DNA from: Carpediemonas membranifera BICM
Taxonomy: Eukaryota; Protista; Fornicata
DNA length: 64,000 nucleotides
Assembly (NCBI GenBank): GCA_019828565.1
Contig: JAHDYR010000002.1
Coordinates: forward strand, 1 to 64,000
Direction of reading: 5' to 3'
Shown: one piece after another, positions 46,160 through 57,162 of the stretch
Layout: each line of letters opens with the position of its first letter
Position numbering within the stretch: position 1 is the first letter of the stretch
Made by a program: the position numbers and the translations under genes
The notes under the pieces: model-generated
Seen by the model: the letters and a program-made list of their open reading frames with translations, nothing else
Database searches by the model: none
What the model was told of the DNA's origin: nothing

Positions 46160-48757
46160 ATGCTGTTGCCATCCGTCTATCTGACGACAACACATCAGGG
46201 CGATATTTTTGTGCCCAATGCAGTCAATGGCTTTGTTTCTGCCAATGTTCTACTTGCCAAGATCTATGTTTCTATTGATCCGTCCATAGTGAGCGCGTCA
46301 AGAACATTTGGCGACAAGACCAGACATAGAGAACGCTACTGCAGTATTCGAGACGATCTTCTCCGTGCTGAGATAATTCGTGCGGAAGAAATTAGCGAAC
46401 ATCTACGCGAGACCCCTCTCAACACCCGTGACTTCGTGCCAACAGTCAAAGCCCATCTCATTGGCAACCGTTGGCAGTTTTCTGCGGTACAGGAGAATCG
46501 GTTTCTAGCTTATATGCGCAGACGTCTTGAAGAATGTGAACGCCGAGAGAGAGCCACAACGGCCATGATGAGGATGCAAGATGCAATGCGAATGGTGACA
46601 GCTGGTCGGAATGAGATCCGTCGTGAACAGAGTATGCGAAGAGCAATTGCAAGGAGACATAATCTCAGTGTCGTCGATCTCGATACTGATAGCATAACAC
46701 TGAAGGAGCTTGTTTGTGACTTCCGGAAGATTGGTGGCGTGAATGAGCTCATGGATGAGGCACAGCAAGAACTTTTTCAGACCTTTGTTCCTACCAGCAC
46801 CACTACTGCCCACAGAACATGGAGAATCTCCGATGATTTGAAGAGGTATCCACTTGAGCAGACGGTGAACATCAAGGTTGATCCTTCGTCTGACGTTCTA
46901 GCACGAGTTATGGATGGTGTCAGGAATACGTCTTACGACAACAAGACACTCATTGTTTACTACGACTCTGTTGGGCATTGCCTCAATGACAAGCCTGTGT
47001 TGAAGCAATTGGGAATCACAGCGCGTTGTCAGAGTAGCTCTACTTATGAGTATGTCTCATGTGCTCAATTCGACTTGCACCGCTATGTCAAAGCGGTCAT
47101 TGCGAGTCCGCATCTGCTAGCATCGACAAAGGAGGAGAAGGAACACATAGAAAGACACCTTCGTGAACAAGATGCTGGCATTCATACTGACGAGGAACTT
47201 CACATGACAGTCTGGCTTGACGGATGGAGAGGATTGACCACGGCCGTGAAAGTGGGTCTTATTGATCGAAAGGGGTCTGTCTTTCCTCAGCGACACATTG
47301 CCCCATTTAGGATATTTGAGTATCAAGGTCCAGAATCGCAGATCTCCGAGTATATAACTGACATTGAGGAGATGATCGAGACTGTTATTCTGGGAAGATA
47401 CAATGTGAGGAACACAGGAATGACATGCCACTTCTCACAGATCATTCTGCTTGGTGATCATCCCGCGTTGTCGAAGCTCACTGGCTCCAAAAGTGGCGGA
47501 ACATATCCATCCCCATTCAGTAACGTTAAGTACTGCCTCGCTTGGCATCCTTATGGCTCCCACCCCCGTCGCACTATTGCTGATGTCATGAAGAACAAGA
47601 GAATTGTTGATAGTATCAGGCGAGGGATCCTGAATATTGACTCGAACGACTACGGCGACTTTGTAATTGATAACAGTGGAGCCTGGGGGCACACCTTTAT
47701 GTCTCCTTCTCGATTTTCTCTCGATGACATTTTTATCTGTCCGCCTGTCATGCATGTCAGCCACATGTTCATGGGTGAAGTGTTCCTCATGTGTCGGATG
47801 TTCAAGATGCATGAACTGACGGGTAATAAGGAGGAAAAGGAGGAAAAACGTGAGTGGAATGCCAAAATGCGGCAACTCGGCCGGAAAAAGTTACCCCAGA
47901 GAACAACTGGTTGCAACGAACAGGCTGAGGCAAGGAGATACATGGCCATGTTAGCTATTACTCATTTTGTCGCTTTCCCGCGTCCGGCGCAGTCATTGTT
48001 GAGATTGTGCGCGTACCTTCAAGCGCATTACTACTCTTTCGCGCCAGTGACTGATACAGTCTTGGAGTGGCACAGACTAACTTCGCTTGTTGTGCACATC
48101 TTTCATGTCACCATGGCTCTGAACCCGAGAGCATTGCAAACAGATGGTCATCTGCCCATGTTTCGTCCATGTGATGCAGGTGATCACCCTTGTGTGCGAG
48201 ATTTGTATGCCAACAGCCAGGTTGCTTCTTTACCTCGGATTCAGGAAGTTCTTCGCTTGCCATTTGGTTTCCTCTTAGAAGAGGACTTTGAGCGACAGTT
48301 CATTGCCAATCAGGAAGCAAGGGTTCATCTACGTCGCAACTCTGTGCTTAGTGCTGTAATTCTACGTCAACAAGCAGCAATGGTTAGCAAGTTCGTTGCC
48401 GGTGATTACAGTGGAACGCGTCGGGACCATGATGTGCCCAGTCTACTCCCAATTCGATCTATTACAGTACACAACTGTTGTACGAAAGGCAGGGAGTGGA
48501 TCAATATGCGAGTTAAGCTAACGAGAACAAAGTTTAAGAAGAAGGAGGACGGTGATGAAGATACATTCTCGGGTGAAGGCTGCTGGGGTGCAGAAGAGAT
48601 TGCGAAGTTAGATAAGCTATTTAATGGATGCGTCTGGGTTGGACGGTACAGAGGAAGACGACGTGGAAGAATAAACCTTTGGCTGCACCTCTTGATCGTT
48701 TATTATCCTCAGTGTTGCCCATGGTCCGTGTATGGCGCCTTGGAGGTGATGACATAA
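46160..48757 (+). CDS. RAG1/Transib-like DDE transposase, copy 2 (open; extreme C-terminus possibly replaced)
   Basis: VWLDGWRG (D at 47219), LLGDHPALSKLTGSKSGGTYPSPF (D at 47456), PPVMHVSH, KEEKREWNAKM, LYANSQVASLP, FGFLLEEDFERQF (E at 48290). Confidence 0.75.
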   Translation: MLLPSVYLTTTHQGDIFVPNAVNGFVSANVLLAKIYVSIDPSIVSASRTFGDKTRHRERYCSIRDDLLRAEIIRAEEISEHLRETPLNTRDFVPTVKAHLIGNRWQFSAVQENRFLAYMRRRLEECERRERATTAMMRMQDAMRMVTAGRNEIRREQSMRRAIARRHNLSVVDLDTDSITLKELVCDFRKIGGVNELMDEAQQELFQTFVPTSTTTAHRTWRISDDLKRYPLEQTVNIKVDPSSDVLARVMDGVRNTSYDNKTLIVYYDSVGHCLNDKPVLKQLGITARCQSSSTYEYVSCAQFDLHRYVKAVIASPHLLASTKEEKEHIERHLREQDAGIHTDEELHMTVWLDGWRGLTTAVKVGLIDRKGSVFPQRHIAPFRIFEYQGPESQISEYITDIEEMIETVILGRYNVRNTGMTCHFSQIILLGDHPALSKLTGSKSGGTYPSPFSNVKYCLAWHPYGSHPRRTIADVMKNKRIVDSIRRGILNIDSNDYGDFVIDNSGAWGHTFMSPSRFSLDDIFICPPVMHVSHMFMGEVFLMCRMFKMHELTGNKEEKEEKREWNAKMRQLGRKKLPQRTTGCNEQAEARRYMAMLAITHFVAFPRPAQSLLRLCAYLQAHYYSFAPVTDTVLEWHRLTSLVVHIFHVTMALNPRALQTDGHLPMFRPCDAGDHPCVRDLYANSQVASLPRIQEVLRLPFGFLLEEDFERQFIANQEARVHLRRNSVLSAVILRQQAAMVSKFVAGDYSGTRRDHDVPSLLPIRSITVHNCCTKGREWINMRVKLTRTKFKKKEDGDEDTFSGEGCWGAEEIAKLDKLFNGCVWVGRYRGRRRGRINLWLHLLIVYYPQCCPWSVYGALEVMT

Positions 48758-48769
48758 ACTGCACGTTTA

Positions 48770-49723
48770 CTAATACCCCACTTTAAGGAACAATGCGGGC
48801 AAGTTGACAAGTTCTGACACGCTATCGAAGGCTTCGGTGATGTATGGCAGGGCATCTTCGTTCCTGCCACGGTTTTTGATCACTTCTCTCTTCACACAGG
48901 CAAACACTGTCTCAATGGGGTTCAAAAAAGGAGCATAGCCAGGTAGAAAGAAGAAGGTTACTCCGTACTCCTTGCTCAGTGGCTCATACAGCTCAGCGCG
49001 TCCCGTCTTATGACTCCGTGCGTTATCGAGCACCATGACCTTGTGCTGACCGCGGATACGCTCTAAGAAGCGACGTAGAACAGTAAAGAAGTCGTCCGCG
49101 TTGTACGTTCCCTCGGTGATAGCCCGGTCTATGATCCCATTTACGCCGAGGAGGGCGTATACTGAAACGCGCTTGCCCACAACTTTCCCGCTGGCCCTGC
49201 TCACCGAGTCGCCCGCGGCCATCCACCCCTTGGTTCGTGCCTGATGGGGGTCGAAGGAGGTCTCGTCTAAGAAGACAAGATCTTTGAACGCGTGCTGAGG
49301 GCGGATTACCGTGGCGTACTCGGCCCAGAACTCACTGATACGTGTGGGGTCGCTCTCATACCACATCTTGAGGCACAGCTTGTAGTTGTAGCGGTGCTTT
49401 TTGAGCCAGCGGCGGAGGTGAGATACGGAGGGAGGGTCTTCTACCCAGCCTGCTAGGATGCCTCGAAGATCAGCAGCAGTGAACTGTCTGTCTTCATCCT
49501 CGCACCTAGCAACAGCTCGGATTATCAACTTGTCGTGCTTCATAGTCGATTTGTGTTCCCGCTTCCGCTTCTTGATCGTTCCTTGGTGCGTATAGTACAA
49601 CCGTTTCCAACGTGTGACTGTTGACCGGCTTATCATGCCGAGTTGCTTCATTATATCTTTCTCGGAGGCCCCTTGGTCCATCATAAGACCAAAACGTATT
49701 CGCGTCTCAATCCCATAGGCCAT
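48770..49723 (-). mobile_element. IS630/Tc1-like transposase (DD37E), intact ORF; element ends not identified
   Basis: MAYGIETR start, HTH region ISRSTVTRW, VFLDETSF, VLDNARSH, PGYAPFLNPIE. Confidence 0.9.
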
Positions 49724-50789
49724 GAGAATCAATACAATTATGACGCATGAAGTCGAGAATGAATGCGTCATTTATTCTGGCTTCGACAATAGTAGTGATC
49801 TTTGCCATTGCTGAGTTATATTCAGTCACCTATCCATTCTGTTCAGAGCTGAATGGAAAATTGTGAGACTTGAAGTCGCATTGAACAACTCCGTGGTCAT
49901 GTATAAAAAATTTAGCCTGTATTAGATGACTAATATAACTGAGTTGGACACCAGGGTCGACCTAACAGAAGTTGGAGACGACAGTGCGGTCGACAGGAGG
50001 AGTATCCAGGCTGAGACATGGTCGACAACGACTACATCGGTGACAGGGAGGACATGTGGATAGTATTTGAGCACGTGAGTAAGCGTGAAGTTCTGATCAG
50101 GATGATGCGAGGGTGGGTCATAAACATTGATGAGATCCTACCACTTTCGAGGCCCAAAGTCGCTCAAGTATTGCTTACTGTTACCTGCAGAGTAGCCCTG
50201 TATTGTTCAGTGCCTTTCAATCAAGCTCAAACACCATGCACAGGTAGCTGTGCGAAATTCGGTCTTAAAGTGCATTTTGCGACAGCTACCTGTGCGTCGC
50301 TACGAGGGAAGCAGCAGCGGAAATAAAGACAGGAATACCTTATAAATAGCATTTATCGACAACATCAGTGATTCTCTTGGCGAACAGTGGTCTCAGTGCA
50401 GAGAAGCATTTCGTGAAAATGTGTGAAAAATGCAGAAGCTCACAGATGCATGGAAAGCATGTAGTGATGTCCTGTACATCCAGGAGTGTTCAGTGCCATC
50501 TCTTTCGTGTTCTTGCGCCTTGTGAAAATGTGAAAAAGATTGCACTGAATCTAATGTTTTCACCATTTTTTCCCTGGGGCTTTTTTTCGTGAAAAAGGAC
50601 TTCCTCATGATTTCCTCAGGCATCGAAACCCCGTTTTTAACAGTACGTCTTCACCGTTTTGCCAGGCCCTCTTTCTGGTTGGCGGCCGGGTACTACCGGG
50701 ATACGTGGGGTTGCCCCCATTGATCCCAGGAGTGCCCCGCCCCCTCCCAGTCTCCGGTTCCTGGTCTCTGTTCCGCCTCTGTGCTGTTG

Positions 50790-52846
50790 TGTGGCGTTGG
50801 CTTAAAGCAAAAGGGTGTTTATCAATTGATTACTCCACACTGCCCTCCCTGAGCAGCCGAGGGTGCTTCGTCAGGTAAGATTTGGCGGCCGGCGTATGTG
50901 CAAGCGCCTCGACTGGCTCTGTCGTAATCGCGTCGGACCCGACCCAGCGGACCTTGAGTAAACCGTCGCGGGTGTGACCCACGATCTTATCTACGAACCA
51001 CTCTTCTTGGTCGCTCGAAGCGAGGTAAGCGAGCTCGCTCTCTTTGAGATCCGTCTTAAGAGGTATTCGATGAGACAGGTGCACTGTCCGTCGTGTCGGT
51101 GTTGACTGCCCTTTGTCGGCGAGGAGCGGTGTTACGACGGCATTGTAGTCGTGCACTGTGACGACCTTGAATGGGCCTGCGTGACCGTGGAGCTTGGTCT
51201 CTTGAATATTCTTTCGAAGCACGAAGTCTCCTGGCTTCAGTTTAGTCTTCGTGGGAGCCTCTGCCCTCCCTTCACGGTGGCGCTTGGCCTTCTCGTGGAG
51301 TTGCGCGGACCGAACGAGCTTGCTGAGTAGAGTGTCGGTCGTGGTGAGGTACTCTGCGACTGAGTGGAGGGGGTTGTTGTCGGCGTAGTCCGAAGCGTCT
51401 TTCGGGCGGATCACCTGGCGTGAGGCCGCCGCTGTACCGTAAAAGCAGCTCCATAGGGGTGAAGCCTGTCGTTGAGTGTGTCGTGGTGTTGAGGATCCAG
51501 GCTACATAGGGGTAAGGTAAGTAAGTTAAGGGTCTAACGGGCATCTGATGGAAGCCCTGTCGTAAGTCCATGGTGAAGAAGTAGCTCGACCCGACGAGAT
51601 CTTGGACGAGGTGCTTGATGTCCGTCATGGGGAATGCGTCGGGGATCGTGTTCTTGTTTTGCACGGAGATGGCCGCAGGGCCTCTGGGGCGATTGGAATC
51701 GGCTTTCCGCGGAGACAGTAGCACCGAAAGCCCAAGGCAAACGCTGCTGACCAGTTTGCCACGGGAAATAGGCAGTACCCCGGGGCACTCAGCTCCAAGA
51801 CAACGGGAAACAAGCTCAGTCCGGGGTCAGAATCCAAGCACCATAAATTTCTTTCTTTCTTTTCGGATCGTGTTCTTGTTGATGTCTCTGTGTCGCAGCA
51901 GAGTCTCAGCGGCTTGCGCGTGGTTGCATCTGAGCGGCGGTCGACGATGACCACTGGGCTGGCGACGTGTCCGTGGGCGTCTCTGATGATGCCCTGTGCC
52001 TCCAGGTCGGCGAGTTGTTGGTTGACCTCATCTCTCCAAGCAGGGCGGATAGGCCGCGCGGCAGCCTGTGGTAGGTAGGCCCCGGGAACGAGGTCGATCG
52101 TGGCATGCGGCAGCTTGGCGCCGCCTGGTGCGAGCTTGGGAAGGAAGACGGTGTCTCTGTACTTCTCCAGCTCGGCCTTGAGCTCGTCCTTGAGGGGGAA
52201 CTTCGGGTCTATGTCGAACGGAACGTGATCGGGCTCATCCACCTCGTCGACGTAGTCATGGAGGCGCGAAGAGTCGTAGAGGTCGTCGCCGTCGTCCGAA
52301 TTGCCGTCTTCGTCGAAGAGCTCGTCGATGAACTCGTGGGGGAACGGCGCAAACTCCGATGTATCCTCGGTGGTCGTCGTTGGAAGTGAGATGTGGATGC
52401 CTTGATCCGTCATCAGGCCGATGTGGCGAAGGACGTCAGCTCCTAGGAGCATCTTGCTGGATTTTCCCGGGATGACGGGGATGATCCAAGAAAGCTGAAC
52501 GGGATGTGGGATGATGTCAGCGATCGTAATAGTGGCTTCGATTGCTGTCTTATCCTCAATCAGGCGTTGATCTGCCGCTTTGAGCTGTAAATCGTCCGTG
52601 GAGATCTTGATGTTGTCGTTTTGCTTCCAGATCGTGGAATGTCTTGGCGGAAATGCACGTTCTTGCAGCTGGATCTATCTTAGCTAATATCTCCGTGTTA
52701 GCGACCTTGATGGTGTGATAGATGGCTTTTCCCGAGGCGCGGTGATCTTCGACTCCGTCGATATCGGAGTCGGAGTCGGATGACTCGTAGAGCTCGTTGA
52801 CGTCGCTCTCGAGGCGGTTAGTGTGAGCGTTGCGCTTCCAGGCCTT
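50790..52846 (-). mobile_element. Deleted Ty3/gypsy family E, copy 1, with 50-bp 3' LTR (50790-50839)
   Basis: Protease-like region, RT start (MDLRQGFHQM), integrase C-terminus, chromo-like end, PPT GGGAGGGCAG, LTR TGTGG..CCACA. Confidence 0.85.
51659..51864 (+). mobile_element. 206-bp SINE-like insertion (second copy at 55603-55808)
   Basis: Flanked by the 16-bp direct repeat GGATCGTGTTCTTGTT and ends in a (TTTC)n tail. Confidence 0.7.
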
Positions 52847-53200
52847 CATACTGTCAATTCCTTGACTTCAAGTCAAGTTTTTGTGACTTAAAGTCAAGGC
52901 CAAAACTTGACTTTAAGTCATTTTGCAAGAAAAAATGAACTCGACGATGAGCCGGAGCTGGATCTTCAAAGTGGTATGGTAGTACTTCGCTATACCTAAG
53001 CAATACGCATGCGCAGTATCAAACTTTTAATCCTGCTAGAAAAAAGTAACATAGGGACAAATTGGAATTGAGAGTTGAGACTCAAAAAACGGGCAGGGGG
53101 GAGGAAATGGTCCATAGGTACGCCTTATGGGTCGCTTCCTCCCCTTTGCCCTTTTTTTATTGACTTCTGATTTGCCAGATTTGACACATGTTCGAGGTGA
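52847..53200 (+). mobile_element. Orphan left end (type a TIR 52847-52920 plus subterminal sequence)
   Basis: Matches 32646 onward. Confidence 0.9.
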
Positions 53201-53219
53201 GTCTTAGATTACTCAATAT

Positions 53220-54658
53220 GGCCACCGATAGTGTCCATTGCTACCTTCATGAACGGCCTGAGTCCGGATGTATGTAAGTATGGCCTGGCGGCTTCAGCTG
53301 GTTTTGCTGTGAGTTGACATACCGGACATCTGTCGATCACCCTCGCCACCTGATCCACGGGCGCCCTCTTGCCATGTGTCCTCAAGAATTGTATCGTGGT
53401 ATGCAGTGGCAGGTGAGCTTGCCTCAGCTATCTCCGTCAGACGCCACTGGCAACCGATCTGCCGATGCCGCAAACACGCGACTGAGACCATCGGCTGCAC
53501 TATTATCCACTCCGGCCACATGTTTGATCGTGAAATCAAGATCAGATATTGATTCGTACCACCGTTGAACCTTGGAGTTGGAAGAACGCGACATAAACAC
53601 AAGATTGCGATGATCAGTCAGCAATGTGAATGTGTGCCATTGTTGGCTTGCGCAGGTAGATCTGTTTACATAAACTGCACTGGCTCTCAAATGGTGTCCA
53701 ACACAAGAACCTGCGCCACCTCTGCAACGCGGAAATGATTGCATACGCCTCCTGTGCTCCATCTCGTCTGCACATCGTTGAAAGACTTGGACATGTATGA
53801 CCGACACAGCAGATCTTTGACCTGCGCCAAAGCCTCGACCTGATCGCTGCCGTCGGGAGGCGGCTTGAGCTAAAGGGTGCACGATCCTCGAAAAACCTGG
53901 CACAAAATCTCTCATGAAGTTCAAGAATCCCATTAGGGCTTGAGCGGCCTTCTTCGTCTTCGGGACACGCAGCGTCTCAACATCCCGAATGCGGTCTGGC
54001 GCAATTCTAAATCCTGTACCCGACACCACCCAGCCTAAGAACTCGACTTCTGCGAGTCCAGTGTGACTTCTCCTTGTTGAGGCTGAGTTTCAACTCTTCG
54101 GCCCTCGCCAACACCTTGTTCAAGTTGGACAAATACTCTTGCTCTGTGCGGCCGAAAATTATAATGTCGTCAATATATATGATACACGCGGTACCAAGTA
54201 GATCGTGGAATCCCCGTTCAATTGCAGACTGGAAATGCGCCCCAGCGTTTTTCAATCCAAACGGCATGCCCGTATACTGGAACTTGCCTGGACTGGAACG
54301 CAGTGTATTGTCTCGACATTTCGGACAACTTGACTTGATGATAGCCCTTTGAAAGGTCAATCTTAGCTCCTGCCAACCGTGCGAGGCACGCTTGAACCTC
54401 TGGGATCGGGTAATCAAACGGCTCAGTAAGGTCGTTGATCCTTCTGAAATCGACAACCTTACGAGTTCTGTCTCGACCCTTCGGCACCGGAGAGAAACTA
54501 GCCTCAATAAACTTCTTCACCAGCCTCTCCTTGTCCTCAGTCATTGTAAGTAACGTTACTGTGGGTTCGTGCGAACAAAGCTTTACAAAGAATAGACGAC
54601 ACCCATGTGTCGAGCTGGACGACTCAAAACTATTAAATACTTTATTGATGAACCAACA
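53220..54658 (-). mobile_element. Internally deleted derivative of element B, copy 1
   Basis: 5' LTR 54560-54658, palindrome GTAACGTTAC 54550-54559, gag start joined to RT, RNase H fragments. Confidence 0.9.
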
Positions 54659-54734
54659 CCTCCATTGATCCCAGGAGTGCCCCGCCCCCTCCCAGTCTCC
54701 GGTTCCTGGTCTCCGTTCCGCCTCTGTGCTGTTG

Positions 54735-56789
54735 TGTGGCGTTGGCTTAAAGCAAAAGGGTGTTTATCAATTGATTACTCCACACTGCCCTCCCTGAGCA
54801 GCCGAGGGTGCTTCGTCAGGTAAGATTTGGCGGCCGGCGTATGTGCAAGCGCCTCGACTGGCTCTGTCGTAATCGCGTCGGACCCGACCCAGCGGACCTT
54901 GAGTAAACCGTCGCGGGTGTGACCCACGATCTTATCTACGAACCACTCTTCTTGGTCGCTCGAAGCGAGGTAAGCGAGCTCGCTCTCTTTGAGATCCGTC
55001 TTAAGAGGTATTCGATGAGACAGGTGCACTGTCCGTCGTGTCGGTGTTGACTGCCCTTTGTCGGCGAGGAGCGGTGTTACGACGGCATTGTAGTCGTGCA
55101 CTGTGACGACCTTGAATGGGCCTGCGTGACCGTGGAGCTTGGTCTCTTGAATATTCTTTCGAAGCACGAAGTCTCCTGGCTTCAGTTTAGTCTTCGTGGG
55201 AGCCTCTGCCCTCCCTTCACGGTGGCGCTTGGCCTTCTCGTGGAGTTGCGCGGACCGAACGAGCTTGCTGAGTAGAGTGTCGGTCGTGGTGAGGTACTCT
55301 GCGACTGAGTGGAGGGGGTTGTTGTCGGCGTAGTCCGAAGCGTCTTTCGGGCGGATCACCTGGCGTGAGGCCGCCGCTGTACCGTAAAGCAGCTCCATAG
55401 GGGTGAAGCCTGTCGTTGAGTGTGTCGTGGTGTTGAGGATCCAGGCTACATAGGGGTAAGGTAAGTAAGTTAAGGGTCTAACGGGCATCTGATGGAAGCC
55501 CTGTCGTAAGTCCATGGTGAAGAAGTAGCTCGACCCGACGAGATCTTGGACGAGGTGCTTGATGTCCGTCATGGGGAATGCGTCGGGGATCGTGTTCTTG
55601 TTTTGCACGGAGATGGCCGCAGGGCCTCTGGGGCGATTGGAATCGGCTTTCCGCGGAGACAGTAGCACCGAAAGCCCAAGGCAAACGCTGCTGACCAGTT
55701 TGCCACGGGAAATAGGCAGTACCCCGGGGCACTCAGCTCCAAGACAACGGGAAACAAGCTCAGTCCGGGGTCAGAATCCAAGCACCATAAATTTCTTTCT
55801 TTCTTTTCGGATCGTGTTCTTGTTGATGTCTCTGTGTCGCAGCAGAGTCTCAGCGGCTTGCGCGTGGTTGCATCTGAGCGGCGGTCGACGATGACCACTG
55901 GGCTGGCGACGTGTCCGTGGGCGTCTCTGATGATGCCCTGTGCCTCCAGGTCGGCGAGTTGTTGGTTGACCTCATCTCTCCAAGCAGGGCGGATAGGCCG
56001 CGCGGCAGCCTGTGGTAGGTAGGCCCCGGGAACGAGGTCGATCGTGGCATGCGGCAGCTTGGCGCCGCCTGGTGCGAGCTTGGGAAGGAAGACGGTGTCT
56101 CTGTACTTCTCCAGCTCGGCCTTGAGCTCGTCCTTGAGGGGGAACTTCGGGTCTATGTCGAACGGAACGTGATCGGGCTCATCCACCTCGTCGACGTAGT
56201 CATGGAGGCGCGAAGAGTCGTAGAGGTCGTCGCCGTCGTCCGAATTGCCGTCTTCGTCGAAGAGCTCGTCGATGAACTCGTGGGGGAACGGCGCAAACTC
56301 CGATGTATCCTCGGTGGTCGTCGTTGGAAGTGAGATGTGGATGCCTTGATCCGTCATCAGGCCGATGTGGCGAAGGACGTCAGCTCCTAGGAGCATCTTG
56401 CTGGATTTTCCCGGGATGACGGGGATGATCCAAGAAAGCTGAACGGGATGTGGGATGATGTCAGCGATCGTAATAGTGGCTTCGATTGCTGTCTTATCCT
56501 CAATCAGGCGTTGATCTGCCGCTTTGAGCTGTAAATCGTCCGTGGAGATCTTGATGTTGTCGTTTTGCTTCAGATCGTGGAATGTCTTGGCGGAAATGCA
56601 CGTTCTTGCAGCTGGATCTATCTTAGCTAATATCTCCGTGTTAGCGACCTTGATGGTGTGATAGATGGCTTTTCCCGAGGCGCGGTGATCTTCGACTCCG
56701 TCGATATCGGAGTCGGAGTCGGATGACTCGTAGAGCTCGTTGACGTCGCTCTCGAGGCGGTTAGTGTGAGCGTTGCGCTTCCAGGCCTT
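54735..56789 (-). mobile_element. Deleted Ty3/gypsy family E, copy 2 (LTR 54735-54784)
   Basis: Duplicate of 50790-52846. Confidence 0.85.
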
Positions 56790-57143
56790 CATACTGTCAA
56801 TTCCTTGACTTCAAGTCAAGTTTTTGTGACTTAAAGTCAAGGCCAAAACTTGACTTTAAGTCATTTTGCAAGAAAAAATGAACTCGACGATGAGCCGGAG
56901 CTGGATCTTCAAAGTGGTATGGTAGTACTTCGCTATACCTAAGCAATACGCATGCGCAGTATCAAACTTTTAATCCTGCTAGAAAAAAGTAACATAGGGA
57001 CAAATTGGAATTGAGAGTTGAGACTCAAAAAACGGGCAGGGGGGAGGAAATGGTCCATAGGTACGCCTTATGGGTCGCTTCCTCCCCTTTGCCCTTTTTT
57101 TATTGACTTCTGATTTGCCAGATTTGACACATGTTCGAGGTGA
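56790..57143 (+). mobile_element. Orphan left end (type a TIR 56790-56863), copy 2
   Basis: Duplicate of 52847-53200. Confidence 0.9.
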
Positions 57144-57162
57144 GTCTTAGATTACTCAATAT

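Noticed and set aside
50018-50326. Kinase-like MWIVFEH in a 102-aa ORF
   Set aside because: A single short motif with no other kinase subdomains.
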